Below, piece after piece: positions 7,755 to 16,417 of a stretch of DNA of 59,686 nt. Under the pieces are notes generated by a model. That model was not told the origin of the DNA. It made no database searches and was given only the letters and a program-made list of their open reading frames with translations. A program made the position numbers and the translations under genes. This DNA comes from Candidatus Nealsonbacteria bacterium (lineage in GTDB: Bacteria; Patescibacteriota; Minisyncoccia; Minisyncoccales; GWA2-38-27), in the NCBI GenBank assembly GCA_030616085.1, contig JAUWYA010000001.1, positions 74,692 through 134,377 on the forward strand, in the 5' to 3' direction. Positions within the stretch are counted from its first letter, which is position 1; every line of letters starts with the position of its first letter.

Positions 7755-7983
7755 GTCCGGTAGGATCCGAACTAGCATCAATTTAGCGGAGCGAATTTTA
7801 TTCAGATTCAAGGCGCGAGGAGTGAAGTGTGCCTTTAGGCACACGAGCGACGAGCAACAAAGAAACTGTATAAAATTCGCCCGCCCGCAGGGAAGGAAAG
7901 AATAGGTCAATTTCCTCGTCGCGCCTCGAACCTGACCTATTCTTTCGCTTCTAAAGTTGATGATAGTTTGGATCCTACCGGGC
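7755..7983. other. GC-rich, highly self-complementary intergenic element (candidate structured ncRNA or non-autonomous mobile element)
   Basis: My hand count gives 112 G+C in 229 nt (about 49%), against an AT-rich background. A 16-bp closing helix pairs 7757-7772 CCGGTAGGATCCGAAC with 7966-7981 GTTTGGATCCTACCGG, with one G:T position. Inner helices are 7791-7800/7871-7880 (10 bp), 7827-7833/7838-7844 (7 bp) and 7896-7909/7933-7946 (14 bp). Confidence 0.6.
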
Positions 7984-7990
7984 ACAAAAA

Positions 7991-9043
7991 ATGGAAAGAA
8001 CAAATAGAGAAAAAAATAATAGGGTGAAATTGCAGGAAAAAAAGCCGTTAGCGTATGCAAAAATAATTAAACACTCAGAAAAGATAAAAAATAAAGAATG
8101 CGTCGCTTTAATTCAACTGCAATATAGATATAACTGCAATTTTATGTGCAAGCATTGCGCCATTGAGAGATTCAAACAAAAAGATGGCAGGCTTTTAGCT
8201 ATTGCAGACGTTAAACGAATTGCAGATCAAGCCGATGCAATGGGCTTGGCAAGCATTTGTATTTCCGGGGGAGAACCTCTAATTTTTCCTGATATAAAGG
8301 ATGTTATTGACGCAATAGGTCCAAATAGATTTGTTATTAGTATGGATACAAATGGATGGCTTCTAACGGAAGAGAAAGTAAAATGGCTTGTCGAAAAAGG
8401 TGTAGATAGGGTTCATTTAAGTATTGATGGTCTTGAATTCAATCACGATGATTTTAGAGGAACGAAAGGGTCATGGAAAAGATCTATTGAGGCTTTAGAA
8501 CATTGTAAGAAACATAATCTTGGCGTTATTATCAACATTGTTGCCACAAAAAGTCTAATTTCATCAGGTGAATTGATTAAACAATTAGATTTTTTAGCTA
8601 AATATGGACAACATACAAGTATAATTTTTGCGAAAGCTACAGGAGCTTTTGAGCAGTATAAGGATGAAATATTGGATACAAAAGATATAAAATACATACA
8701 GACCCTGCATCAGCAATTAGGTGGAAAATATAATACTTCAACCCATTTATCTCCGAATTGTGGATATGAATTTGGTTGCATGTGTTTTAAAAGACATATG
8801 TCGATTACTGCTCATGGAGATGTGTTGCCCTGTCCCTGGATTCCAATAAGAATAGGTAATATCTTTGATGAGGATTTAGAAACCATAATAAAGCGCGGGT
8901 TGGGCATAAAGTGGTTTTCTTATGATTGTAAATTCAGTTGTCTGAGCGGCAACAGAGATATGTCATTCTATAAGAATATTATGCCCCAAATAGAACAATC
9001 AGATGTTTATCCTGTTGATTGGAAAAAGATTAACTGGTTTTAA
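7991..9043 (+). CDS. radical SAM protein with C-terminal Cys-rich SPASM/Twitch-like domain
   Basis: CNFMCKHC is the CX3CX2C motif. GGEPL is present. The C-terminal cysteines are CGYEFGCMCF...LPCPW...CKFSC. The start codon is uncertain because the leader before the Cys motif is long. Confidence 0.8.
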   Translation: MERTNREKNNRVKLQEKKPLAYAKIIKHSEKIKNKECVALIQLQYRYNCNFMCKHCAIERFKQKDGRLLAIADVKRIADQADAMGLASICISGGEPLIFPDIKDVIDAIGPNRFVISMDTNGWLLTEEKVKWLVEKGVDRVHLSIDGLEFNHDDFRGTKGSWKRSIEALEHCKKHNLGVIINIVATKSLISSGELIKQLDFLAKYGQHTSIIFAKATGAFEQYKDEILDTKDIKYIQTLHQQLGGKYNTSTHLSPNCGYEFGCMCFKRHMSITAHGDVLPCPWIPIRIGNIFDEDLETIIKRGLGIKWFSYDCKFSCLSGNRDMSFYKNIMPQIEQSDVYPVDWKKINWF

Positions 9044-9046
9044 TAT

Positions 9047-9973
9047 ATGAGTATTTTGATAACTGGCTCAACAGGCTTTGTAGGCCGCAATTTGGTGGAG
9101 TTATTTTCAAAAAACAAATACCCAATATTGGCTTTGTCAAAGAAAGAGCTGGATCTTACTAAATCAGATGATGTGGGGAAATATTTTGAAAATAACCATA
9201 TTGAAGCCATTGTGCATTGCGCAACGACATTGAGAGAGCCCATAGCTTATCCAGCGGATACATGTGAAAATAATTTGCGTATGTTCTTTAATATACAAAA
9301 GCATATGACGCCATCGATGAAAATGATAAATTTAGGCAGCGGGTCTGAATATGGAAGAAACTATTGGCGCAAAAAAATGCCTGAAGAATATTTTAATAAG
9401 CATATTCCACAAGATAGTCATAGTTATTCAAAATATTTGATTTCAAAGTATATTCAAGATATAAATCGTGAAAATTTGATTTGTCTAAGGATATTCGGCA
9501 TATTTGGGAAATATGAGGATTATCGCTATAAATTTATATCTAATGCGATAGTAAAAAACTTGCTCAATATGCCGATCGTGATAAACCAAAACGTTATTTA
9601 TGATTATTTATACATTACTGATTTCTTCAAAATCGTAGAATACTTTATAAATAATAAGACAAAAAATAGAATTTTTAATGTCACGCCGACAAAATCAATT
9701 GATTTACTGACAATCGCAAATATTATTAATAAACTAAGCGACAAAAAAAGCGAAATACAAGTGCTGAATCAAGGAATCGCAGTTGATTATTCCGGGGATA
9801 ACAAAAGGCTTCTTTCGGAAATCAAAGATTTCCAATTTATTGAATACGAGAAGGCGATAGCCGAATTATTCGCATATTATAAAGAAACAAAAGATACTTT
9901 GGACGTAGATGCTATTAAACAGGATATTTACTTAGATTATGCAAAAGAGCTTCGTAAGAAATATTTCATATAA
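9047..9973 (+). CDS. NAD(P)-dependent sugar epimerase/reductase (extended SDR)
   Basis: ILITGSTGFVGRNL Rossmann motif, GSGSEYG and YSKYLISK (YxxxK-type). 308 aa. Confidence 0.7.
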   Translation: MSILITGSTGFVGRNLVELFSKNKYPILALSKKELDLTKSDDVGKYFENNHIEAIVHCATTLREPIAYPADTCENNLRMFFNIQKHMTPSMKMINLGSGSEYGRNYWRKKMPEEYFNKHIPQDSHSYSKYLISKYIQDINRENLICLRIFGIFGKYEDYRYKFISNAIVKNLLNMPIVINQNVIYDYLYITDFFKIVEYFINNKTKNRIFNVTPTKSIDLLTIANIINKLSDKKSEIQVLNQGIAVDYSGDNKRLLSEIKDFQFIEYEKAIAELFAYYKETKDTLDVDAIKQDIYLDYAKELRKKYFI

Positions 9974-9978
9974 TTTAT

Positions 9979-11118
9979 ATGGTCCAAAAATGTATACTTT
10001 GCAATAATAAAAAATTTAAAACTATTATTAAAATTAATAATGCGCCTGTTTGTGTGGCGAGATTATTAGATAAGAATGGGATACAGAAAGATAAAAAAAT
10101 CTTGATAGAATTAATAAGTTGTACAAGATGTAAATTGTGCCAATTGAAAAGAGATAATTTTGTAGAACGTAATTTCTATGATAATTATCAAATGCTAATT
10201 TCGTGTTCTAAACAAATGCAGGATTATCAGAAACAACAATCTGAAGATTTTGTTAAGTATTTTAACCTAAAAGGGAAATCTGCCTTTGAAATAGGTTGTG
10301 GCGATGGTACGTTTGCCTCATTTTTGAATAAATACGGCTTAAAGACTATTGGAGTTGAGCCGTCAGAACCTTTTTATAATTTAGCTAAAAAGAAAATTAA
10401 AGTTCTCAATCAATATCTAAATAAAAAAACCTGTTTAGAGAAAAAACACTATGACGCTTTTGTTTCAACACAGGTATTTGAACATTTAAGTAATCCTAAT
10501 CAAGTTCTAAGGGATGCAAAATTATATTTAAAGCCAAATGGAGTTGGTTTAATCGAGGTTCCATCTTTTTTAACCGCTATAAAAGATAACCGATATTATG
10601 ATATTTTTCGCGACCATGTTGCCTATTATACAAAGTACACATTAGAATATTTACTAGCTAGGAATAACTTTCAAGTTATAAAGACATTTCACTCAGCAGA
10701 TAATGAATATTTGACGACTTATTTTAAGAGCAATAATTATCATACTGATGAATTAAAATTATTTTCAACCGGCTATATTAATTATAAAAAAGATATTAAA
10801 AAACTATTTAGTTCATATAAAAATAAGAAAGTTGCTGTTTGGGGAGCTGGAGGAAAAGGTATAGCTCTTTTGTCTACATGCGATATTTCTCCGAAAGATA
10901 TTCTATTTGTTATTGATTCGGATATCCATAAACAAGGTAAATATACAATGGGTAGTCATATTTTAATTAAATCTCCAAAAGAGATTAATTTTAAGAAATT
11001 AGATTTAATAGTAATTTCAGCTGTTATGTATCAAAAAGAAATCATCAAAGATCTTAAGAGTAAATATAATTATAAAAATAAAATAGCTCTTATATCGCCC
11101 AAGCCGCATATTATTTAA
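9979..11118 (+). CDS. NDP-hexose C-methyltransferase-like protein (second copy, same three-domain layout as 6541-7695)
   Basis: CILCNN...CTRCKLCQL zinc ribbon, SAM motif FEIGCGDG, and C-terminal VAVWGAGGKGIALL. Clear paralog of 6541-7695. Confidence 0.7.
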   Translation: MVQKCILCNNKKFKTIIKINNAPVCVARLLDKNGIQKDKKILIELISCTRCKLCQLKRDNFVERNFYDNYQMLISCSKQMQDYQKQQSEDFVKYFNLKGKSAFEIGCGDGTFASFLNKYGLKTIGVEPSEPFYNLAKKKIKVLNQYLNKKTCLEKKHYDAFVSTQVFEHLSNPNQVLRDAKLYLKPNGVGLIEVPSFLTAIKDNRYYDIFRDHVAYYTKYTLEYLLARNNFQVIKTFHSADNEYLTTYFKSNNYHTDELKLFSTGYINYKKDIKKLFSSYKNKKVAVWGAGGKGIALLSTCDISPKDILFVIDSDIHKQGKYTMGSHILIKSPKEINFKKLDLIVISAVMYQKEIIKDLKSKYNYKNKIALISPKPHII

Positions 11119-11133
11119 TTCTCAAATCCTGTT

Positions 11134-12423
11134 ATGGAAAACGAAAAACAACTTAGAAAAGAAATTTTAAATAAGGTTAAAAAATTCTATAAAGCTCAGA
11201 AAGAAGAGAAATTCATTCCGGGCGAAAGCCGGGTTAATTACGCTGGCAGAGTTTATGATGAAAAAGAAATAATGAATTTAGTTGATTCTTCTTTAGATTT
11301 CTGGCTGACTGCTAGCAGATATGCCAAACAGTTTGAAAATGACTTTGCCAAATTTTTAGGTTTAAAACACTGTCTTTTAACTAATTCTGGCTCTTCTGCT
11401 AATCTTTTAGCTGTTTCTGCTTTAAGATTAAAGCCAGGGGATGAAGTTATAACTACTGCCTCTGGTTTCCCTACTACTTTAAATCCTATTATCCAAAATA
11501 ATTTAATGCCGGTTTTTATTGATATTGATTTAGGAACTTATAATATTAAAACAGAAGAAATTGAAAAAGCCATCTCGCCAAAGACAAAAGCCATTTTTAT
11601 TGCTCATACTTTAGGTAATCCAGCCAAGCTAGATAAGATTTTAGCAATTGTTAAAAAATATAATTTATATTTTATAGAAGATAATTGTGATTCCTTGGGT
11701 TCAAAATATAAAGGCAGATATACTGGCAGTTTTGGACATATTTCTACTTGTAGTTTTTATCCAGCTCATCATATTACAATGGGAGAGGGGGGAGCAGTTT
11801 GTACTAATAATCCCTTGCTTAAAAAAAACATTGCCTCTTTTCGCGACTGGGGCCGAGACTGCTTGTGTGAGCCTGGCTGTGATAATACTTGCGGCAAAAG
11901 ATTTTCTCAAAAGCTTGGCAAACTGCCTTTTGGCTATGACCATAAATATACTTATTCTCATATTGGTTATAATTTAAAAATTACTGATATGCAGGCCGCT
12001 ATTGGCTTAGCTCAGCTTGAAAAACTACCTCTTTTTATTAAAAAAAGAAAAGAGAATTTCAAAGAAATATATAAATTTCTAAAACCATATGAAAATTATT
12101 TTGTTTTGCCAAAACCTGAAAAAGATTCTGAGCCTTCTTGGTTCGGATTTCCAATTTTAATAAAACCAGCCGCGTCTTTTAAAAGAAAAGAAATTGTTGA
12201 TTATTTAGAAAATAATAATATCGCTACCAGAATGCTTTTCGGGGGAAATTTATTAAAACAGCCGGCTTATGAAAATATAAAACATCGTGTTTGCGGGACT
12301 CTAAAAAATACTGATTTGGCAATGAATAATCTTTTCTGGCTTGGCGTATATCCCGGAATTACCAAAGAGAAATTGAATTATATGATTAATACTATTAATA
12401 GATTTTTAAAAAACCATGAATAA
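11134..12423 (+). CDS. rfbH: CDP-4-keto-6-deoxy-D-glucose 3-dehydratase (E1, RfbH/DdhC family; DegT/DnrJ/EryC1 fold)
   Basis: FYPAHHITMGEGG has His where aminotransferases of this fold carry the Schiff-base Lys. The Cys cluster RDWGRDCLCEPGCDNTCGKRF is characteristic of the Fe-S containing E1 dehydratases. 429 aa. Confidence 0.8.
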   Translation: MENEKQLRKEILNKVKKFYKAQKEEKFIPGESRVNYAGRVYDEKEIMNLVDSSLDFWLTASRYAKQFENDFAKFLGLKHCLLTNSGSSANLLAVSALRLKPGDEVITTASGFPTTLNPIIQNNLMPVFIDIDLGTYNIKTEEIEKAISPKTKAIFIAHTLGNPAKLDKILAIVKKYNLYFIEDNCDSLGSKYKGRYTGSFGHISTCSFYPAHHITMGEGGAVCTNNPLLKKNIASFRDWGRDCLCEPGCDNTCGKRFSQKLGKLPFGYDHKYTYSHIGYNLKITDMQAAIGLAQLEKLPLFIKKRKENFKEIYKFLKPYENYFVLPKPEKDSEPSWFGFPILIKPAASFKRKEIVDYLENNNIATRMLFGGNLLKQPAYENIKHRVCGTLKNTDLAMNNLFWLGVYPGITKEKLNYMINTINRFLKNHE

Positions 12424-13555
12424 TAAGCCCCTATTAAGTATTGCTATTCTAACCTGGAACAGAGCTCCCTATTTAGAAAACCTTTTAAATAATATCTTGC
12501 CTCAAGCAAAAGAATTGAAAGAAAAGGTTGAAATATGTATTTCTAATAATGGCTCAACAGATAATACCCGCGAAGTTGTAATGGAATTTAAAGAAAAATA
12601 TCCAGGCCTGATAAAATATAATGAAAATAAAGAAAACTTAGGTTTTGATAGAAACTTGCTTAAAGTAATGGAGATGTCTATCGGAAGTTTTATCTGGACT
12701 TTCGGAGATGATGATGATATTGTAGAGAATGGTTTAAAAGAGGTTGTTGAGTTTATCAAAAAAATCCCTAAAGAAAATGTAGGACTAATTACTCTAAAAG
12801 GAGAAGCGTATTTTATTGATAAGCAAACCAGGAAGAAAATAATCTATTACAATAGTTTAGATAAAAAGCATTCAGAGATATATAAAATAGATAAAAAGGA
12901 TATTTTTTTTAGATTTGTGGAGTATATGTCTATATCAACACTGCTTTTTAATAATAAAACAGTTAAAAAGATATTTAGAGAAGATAAAGATATAATAGAA
13001 AAAGAGATTGGAGACGTGAGTATTCATGCCTTAATATATAGTTTAATGTTTTTAAAATATCCTCATATTAAGGGAATTACATTTAATAAAAAAATAGTTT
13101 ATTCCGAGTTGGCTTATCATAAACCTTTTATTGAAGATAGACTTAGAGCAAATTATGAAATGCCAAAGAAATTATATCACGTGATGATATCTAACAAGTA
13201 TATGGATGATTATTATGTTCCCTTGTTTGTTAAAAAAGATAAGGAATTAAGGCGAGCATTTGTTATAGATATGATGGTATTAAGAGCTTTTGATTCTTTT
13301 AATTATGTTTCTTATTCTGATTGTTTGAGATTATTTTTTCAATATGCAGTATTTATAGATGCTTTGTTATTTTCTTTGGTTTTTTCAATTCTTTTTCTAA
13401 TCCCTGGCAAGGTTTTAAGATTTATGTATAAAGTTTTATTAATGATTAGATGCGGCAAAAAGTGGCGAAAACAATGGCAGTTTATAACTAGTTACAACTC
13501 TCAGCAACTTGGGGGCGCCAGAAGGTCAGCAGATACAGATGATATAGCTAACTAA
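12416..13555 (+). CDS. family 2 glycosyltransferase with C-terminal membrane segment
   Basis: LSIAILTWNRAPYLENLL...NNGSTDNT and FGDDDDIV (DxD). Hydrophobic C-terminal region. Confidence 0.75.
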   Translation: MNNKPLLSIAILTWNRAPYLENLLNNILPQAKELKEKVEICISNNGSTDNTREVVMEFKEKYPGLIKYNENKENLGFDRNLLKVMEMSIGSFIWTFGDDDDIVENGLKEVVEFIKKIPKENVGLITLKGEAYFIDKQTRKKIIYYNSLDKKHSEIYKIDKKDIFFRFVEYMSISTLLFNNKTVKKIFREDKDIIEKEIGDVSIHALIYSLMFLKYPHIKGITFNKKIVYSELAYHKPFIEDRLRANYEMPKKLYHVMISNKYMDDYYVPLFVKKDKELRRAFVIDMMVLRAFDSFNYVSYSDCLRLFFQYAVFIDALLFSLVFSILFLIPGKVLRFMYKVLLMIRCGKKWRKQWQFITSYNSQQLGGARRSADTDDIAN

Positions 13556-13575
13556 TCATCTATTATTATGTTTTT

Positions 13576-15312
13576 ATGGAAATTATAATAGGAAAAGGAA
13601 ATAAAATAGAGCGTAGTTCTATCCCTTTGAAAAAGGGTTTAAATGTCATTGGCGATATTGATGGAATCGTAGTTCCAGGTATTTTTGAACTTCGTCCTAT
13701 AGATAAAAATGTAAGTAGTTCAGAATTATCGCAATTATCACCTGCCCAGATAAATGGAGCTGCAGTTTTTATTTTCTTAAGAGATGAAAATCACTTTGAG
13801 TGGGCTTCAGCTGATTTTTCAGGAATTTGTGATATTTTTTACGGCACAACATCTGATGGAAAACACATAATCGGAAATAATTTTTTTGAGATATTATCTA
13901 AATTTTCCTCTGTTACTTTAGAGAAAAAAGATATAATTTTTTTCATTCGCCACGGCTGTTTTCCTATGGGAAAAACTTTTTTCAAAGAAATTTCCCGTTC
14001 AAAAATTGGAAATAAACTGAAATTTAATGGTAATTTTTTTGAAGAAAATAATTTCAATTTAGAGAAAGATAAAATTGATATAAATTATGAAACTTTTAAA
14101 AGAATTTTTACATCGGTTTTAGAATGTATAGGAATTGAAAACGATGATGCGATATTTTTTAGTGGGGGGGTTGATTCTGGCCTTATAGCTGCTTTAAGTA
14201 TCTTAAAATTTTCAAAACATCCTATTGCGATTACCGAACGCTATAACCAAGTTTTGAAGTGTAATAGAATGGATTGGGTTTTAGCTGAGAAAATCGCTGA
14301 TTTTTTAGAAATGAAGCATTTAATAATAGATGTAGATTTTAATAAAGAAAGCGTTATTTCTCTTGTTAATGTTGTGGAAAATGTACCTTTATCGGCCCAT
14401 TTATCTTTGGGGCTTTTAGACTTAAGCCAAAAGGTCGTTGAAATGGGTATAAAAAAAGTATGGTGTGGCCAAAATGCAGATCATTTATATAATCTTGGCC
14501 CTACTGCAAAAAGCTCAATAAGCAGGGGTGGATTTATTAAAAGATTTTATCTTAGCAAAGAATATATTTGCTCGCTTCCTGATATTTCTGACAACAAAAC
14601 ACCACTGAGATTTTTATACCAAACAGTAGGGGAATTAGGTATACTGGCTTTTAAAACTAAGCGGGGTTGGGGTTGGAACGTAAGACAACCCAAAACATTT
14701 AAGGAGTTTTTAAGCGTCTATGAAAATTCGGAAGAATGTTTACCTTTGCCCTTTAAAGATAAATCTCCAATAGATAAAAATATATCTAATAATTCTTTAA
14801 GTTATTCCGCTGCTAAAAAATTATTCTTTGATAGAAAAGCTCAATATCTTACCTCAGGGGATTCTAGGGTAGTTTATGCCGCGGCAGAAAAAGTTGGAAT
14901 TAAAGCAATTTTGCCCTATTCGGCGACCAATATGATTTTTTTCTTTAGACATTTAGAGATGAATCTTGGCGATGTTTTGAAACCCAAAAAATTTATATAT
15001 CGTTACCTGAAAGAGTTTTACAGTAAGAAACAATATAAAAAGTTGTATTCACTGAAAAAGAAGGAATATCAAAGCAAATCAGAATCTTTTTTGACTTGGT
15101 CAGATTGGCAAAAAGCAATAATTCAAGATACTAAATTTGGACAAGAATTAAAAGAGGAAACAGAAAAAATAAATTTACCGTCGGATTTTGTAAAAAGAAT
15201 TAAAAATTCTTGCGATTTTTTAAATATTCAACATTTGGTTGGTATTTTTTGGTTTAAAAGTATTTTAGAAAAGGTAAAAAATTTGGGAATTAGTATAAAA
15301 ACTATTGAATGA
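13576..15312 (+). CDS. asparagine-synthetase-like PP-loop ATP pyrophosphatase lacking the N-terminal glutaminase nucleophile
   Basis: SGGVDSG PP-loop at about residue 195. The N-terminus is MEIIIGKG, with no Cys2, unlike the true AsnB at 56580. Confidence 0.65.
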   Translation: MEIIIGKGNKIERSSIPLKKGLNVIGDIDGIVVPGIFELRPIDKNVSSSELSQLSPAQINGAAVFIFLRDENHFEWASADFSGICDIFYGTTSDGKHIIGNNFFEILSKFSSVTLEKKDIIFFIRHGCFPMGKTFFKEISRSKIGNKLKFNGNFFEENNFNLEKDKIDINYETFKRIFTSVLECIGIENDDAIFFSGGVDSGLIAALSILKFSKHPIAITERYNQVLKCNRMDWVLAEKIADFLEMKHLIIDVDFNKESVISLVNVVENVPLSAHLSLGLLDLSQKVVEMGIKKVWCGQNADHLYNLGPTAKSSISRGGFIKRFYLSKEYICSLPDISDNKTPLRFLYQTVGELGILAFKTKRGWGWNVRQPKTFKEFLSVYENSEECLPLPFKDKSPIDKNISNNSLSYSAAKKLFFDRKAQYLTSGDSRVVYAAAEKVGIKAILPYSATNMIFFFRHLEMNLGDVLKPKKFIYRYLKEFYSKKQYKKLYSLKKKEYQSKSESFLTWSDWQKAIIQDTKFGQELKEETEKINLPSDFVKRIKNSCDFLNIQHLVGIFWFKSILEKVKNLGISIKTIE

Positions 15313-15379
15313 TTTTACACCATGGAAAACAAAAGAAAAAAACGTAGATATTATTTAAATTAGTATTTACAAAAAAATT

Positions 15380-16417
15380 ATGATTCAGGAAAAAAGATTC
15401 TCAAAAGAATTTCAAAAAATATCTAATCTTCAAGTTTCAGCTAATTCTTTGTTGAATTGGGTATTTCAAAAAAAATCACTATCTCTAAACAAAGAGCCCG
15501 ATTATGTTATGGATTTATTTAGAGTCCAGTTATTGAATACATATTGTTTATATTCCAGAAGAAAACAATGTCAAAGTATTCGTTTTAAAAAATTTATTAT
15601 TCCTAAAGGCAAAAAGTACGAACCTATTAGTCGGCTTGTCAAAAGTTTTCGCAATAAATCAGAATATTTTGTAGATGTTATTATTTATGGGAGTATTGCA
15701 GATAATACAGTGGTCAAAAATTGGAGTGATGTAGATATTTTTGCTATTGTCAAAGAAAAGGTTTTTGAAAATACCGATAGTTTTTTAACTCTGAGAATTT
15801 TTTTGACTTCAATTGAAGATGAGTTATATAAATTCGATTTTTTTCAACATCACGGAATTCAGTTTATAAACGAAGCTGATTTAAGATTTTATCCAGAATA
15901 CTTTTTACCTTTGGAAGTTTTAAGATTTGGTAAATCACTAATTAACAAAAATAAGATAGAGTTTTTTATTCGTGATTCTATTCCAGAAAAAGAAAATCGT
16001 TTTTATAAAATAGCTGATTTGCTTAATCAATCTTCTAAAACCGGAATTTTAAAGCATCATGCCCGCAATGGAGTTTATTTGGAAGAAAATTTTAAAAACA
16101 AAGAAGATAATTTTTATCAATTAAAGTATTTTATCTCTTTAATCTTGCTTCTTCCTGGTTTATTTGTTGAGTTAGTTGATAAACCCATTTATAAAAAAAA
16201 TTCTTTTGAAAAAATTAAAAGTCACTTCGATGATAAAAAAAATCTGGAAATAATCAACAAATGCGAAAAAATAAGATATTTATTTAAAGATTTAGAGGTT
16301 GTTGATAATACTATTCCAGATAAGGTCGTTGAGATTCTTGGCAATGGCTATTTTAAAAGAGCAAATATTTTGATGAAGAAATTAGTTAAAAGATATGAAA
16401 TATATAAATCTACCTAA
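15380..16417 (+). CDS. hypothetical protein with Pol-beta-superfamily nucleotidyltransferase motif
   Basis: VIIYGSIADNTVVKNWSDVDIFAIV fits the GS-x(9-13)-DxD minimal nucleotidyltransferase signature. The remaining roughly 200 aa are unassigned. Confidence 0.5.
   Translation: MIQEKRFSKEFQKISNLQVSANSLLNWVFQKKSLSLNKEPDYVMDLFRVQLLNTYCLYSRRKQCQSIRFKKFIIPKGKKYEPISRLVKSFRNKSEYFVDVIIYGSIADNTVVKNWSDVDIFAIVKEKVFENTDSFLTLRIFLTSIEDELYKFDFFQHHGIQFINEADLRFYPEYFLPLEVLRFGKSLINKNKIEFFIRDSIPEKENRFYKIADLLNQSSKTGILKHHARNGVYLEENFKNKEDNFYQLKYFISLILLLPGLFVELVDKPIYKKNSFEKIKSHFDDKKNLEIINKCEKIRYLFKDLEVVDNTIPDKVVEILGNGYFKRANILMKKLVKRYEIYKST

Noticed and set aside
7755-7983. Known RNA classes for the GC-rich element: TPP, SAM, cobalamin, ZTP or T-box riboswitches, tRNA, SRP RNA, RNase P.
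   Set aside because: I found only isolated short resemblances: GAACCTGACC versus the TPP ACCUGAUC region, GGAAGGAAAG versus the SRP domain IV motif, and GGTTCGAGG on the minus strand versus a T-loop. None has the accompanying conserved helices or partner motifs (no CUGAGA, no B12 box, no T-stem). No known-family call can be supported without a covariance-model search.
7752-8060. 102-aa minus-strand ORF spanning the GC-rich element and the 5' end of the radical SAM gene.
   Set aside because: The translation (MHTLTAFFPAISPYYFFLYLFF...) has no recognisable motif. It overlaps a well-supported + strand gene. It is open mainly because the element is GC-rich and palindromic. I treat it as spurious.
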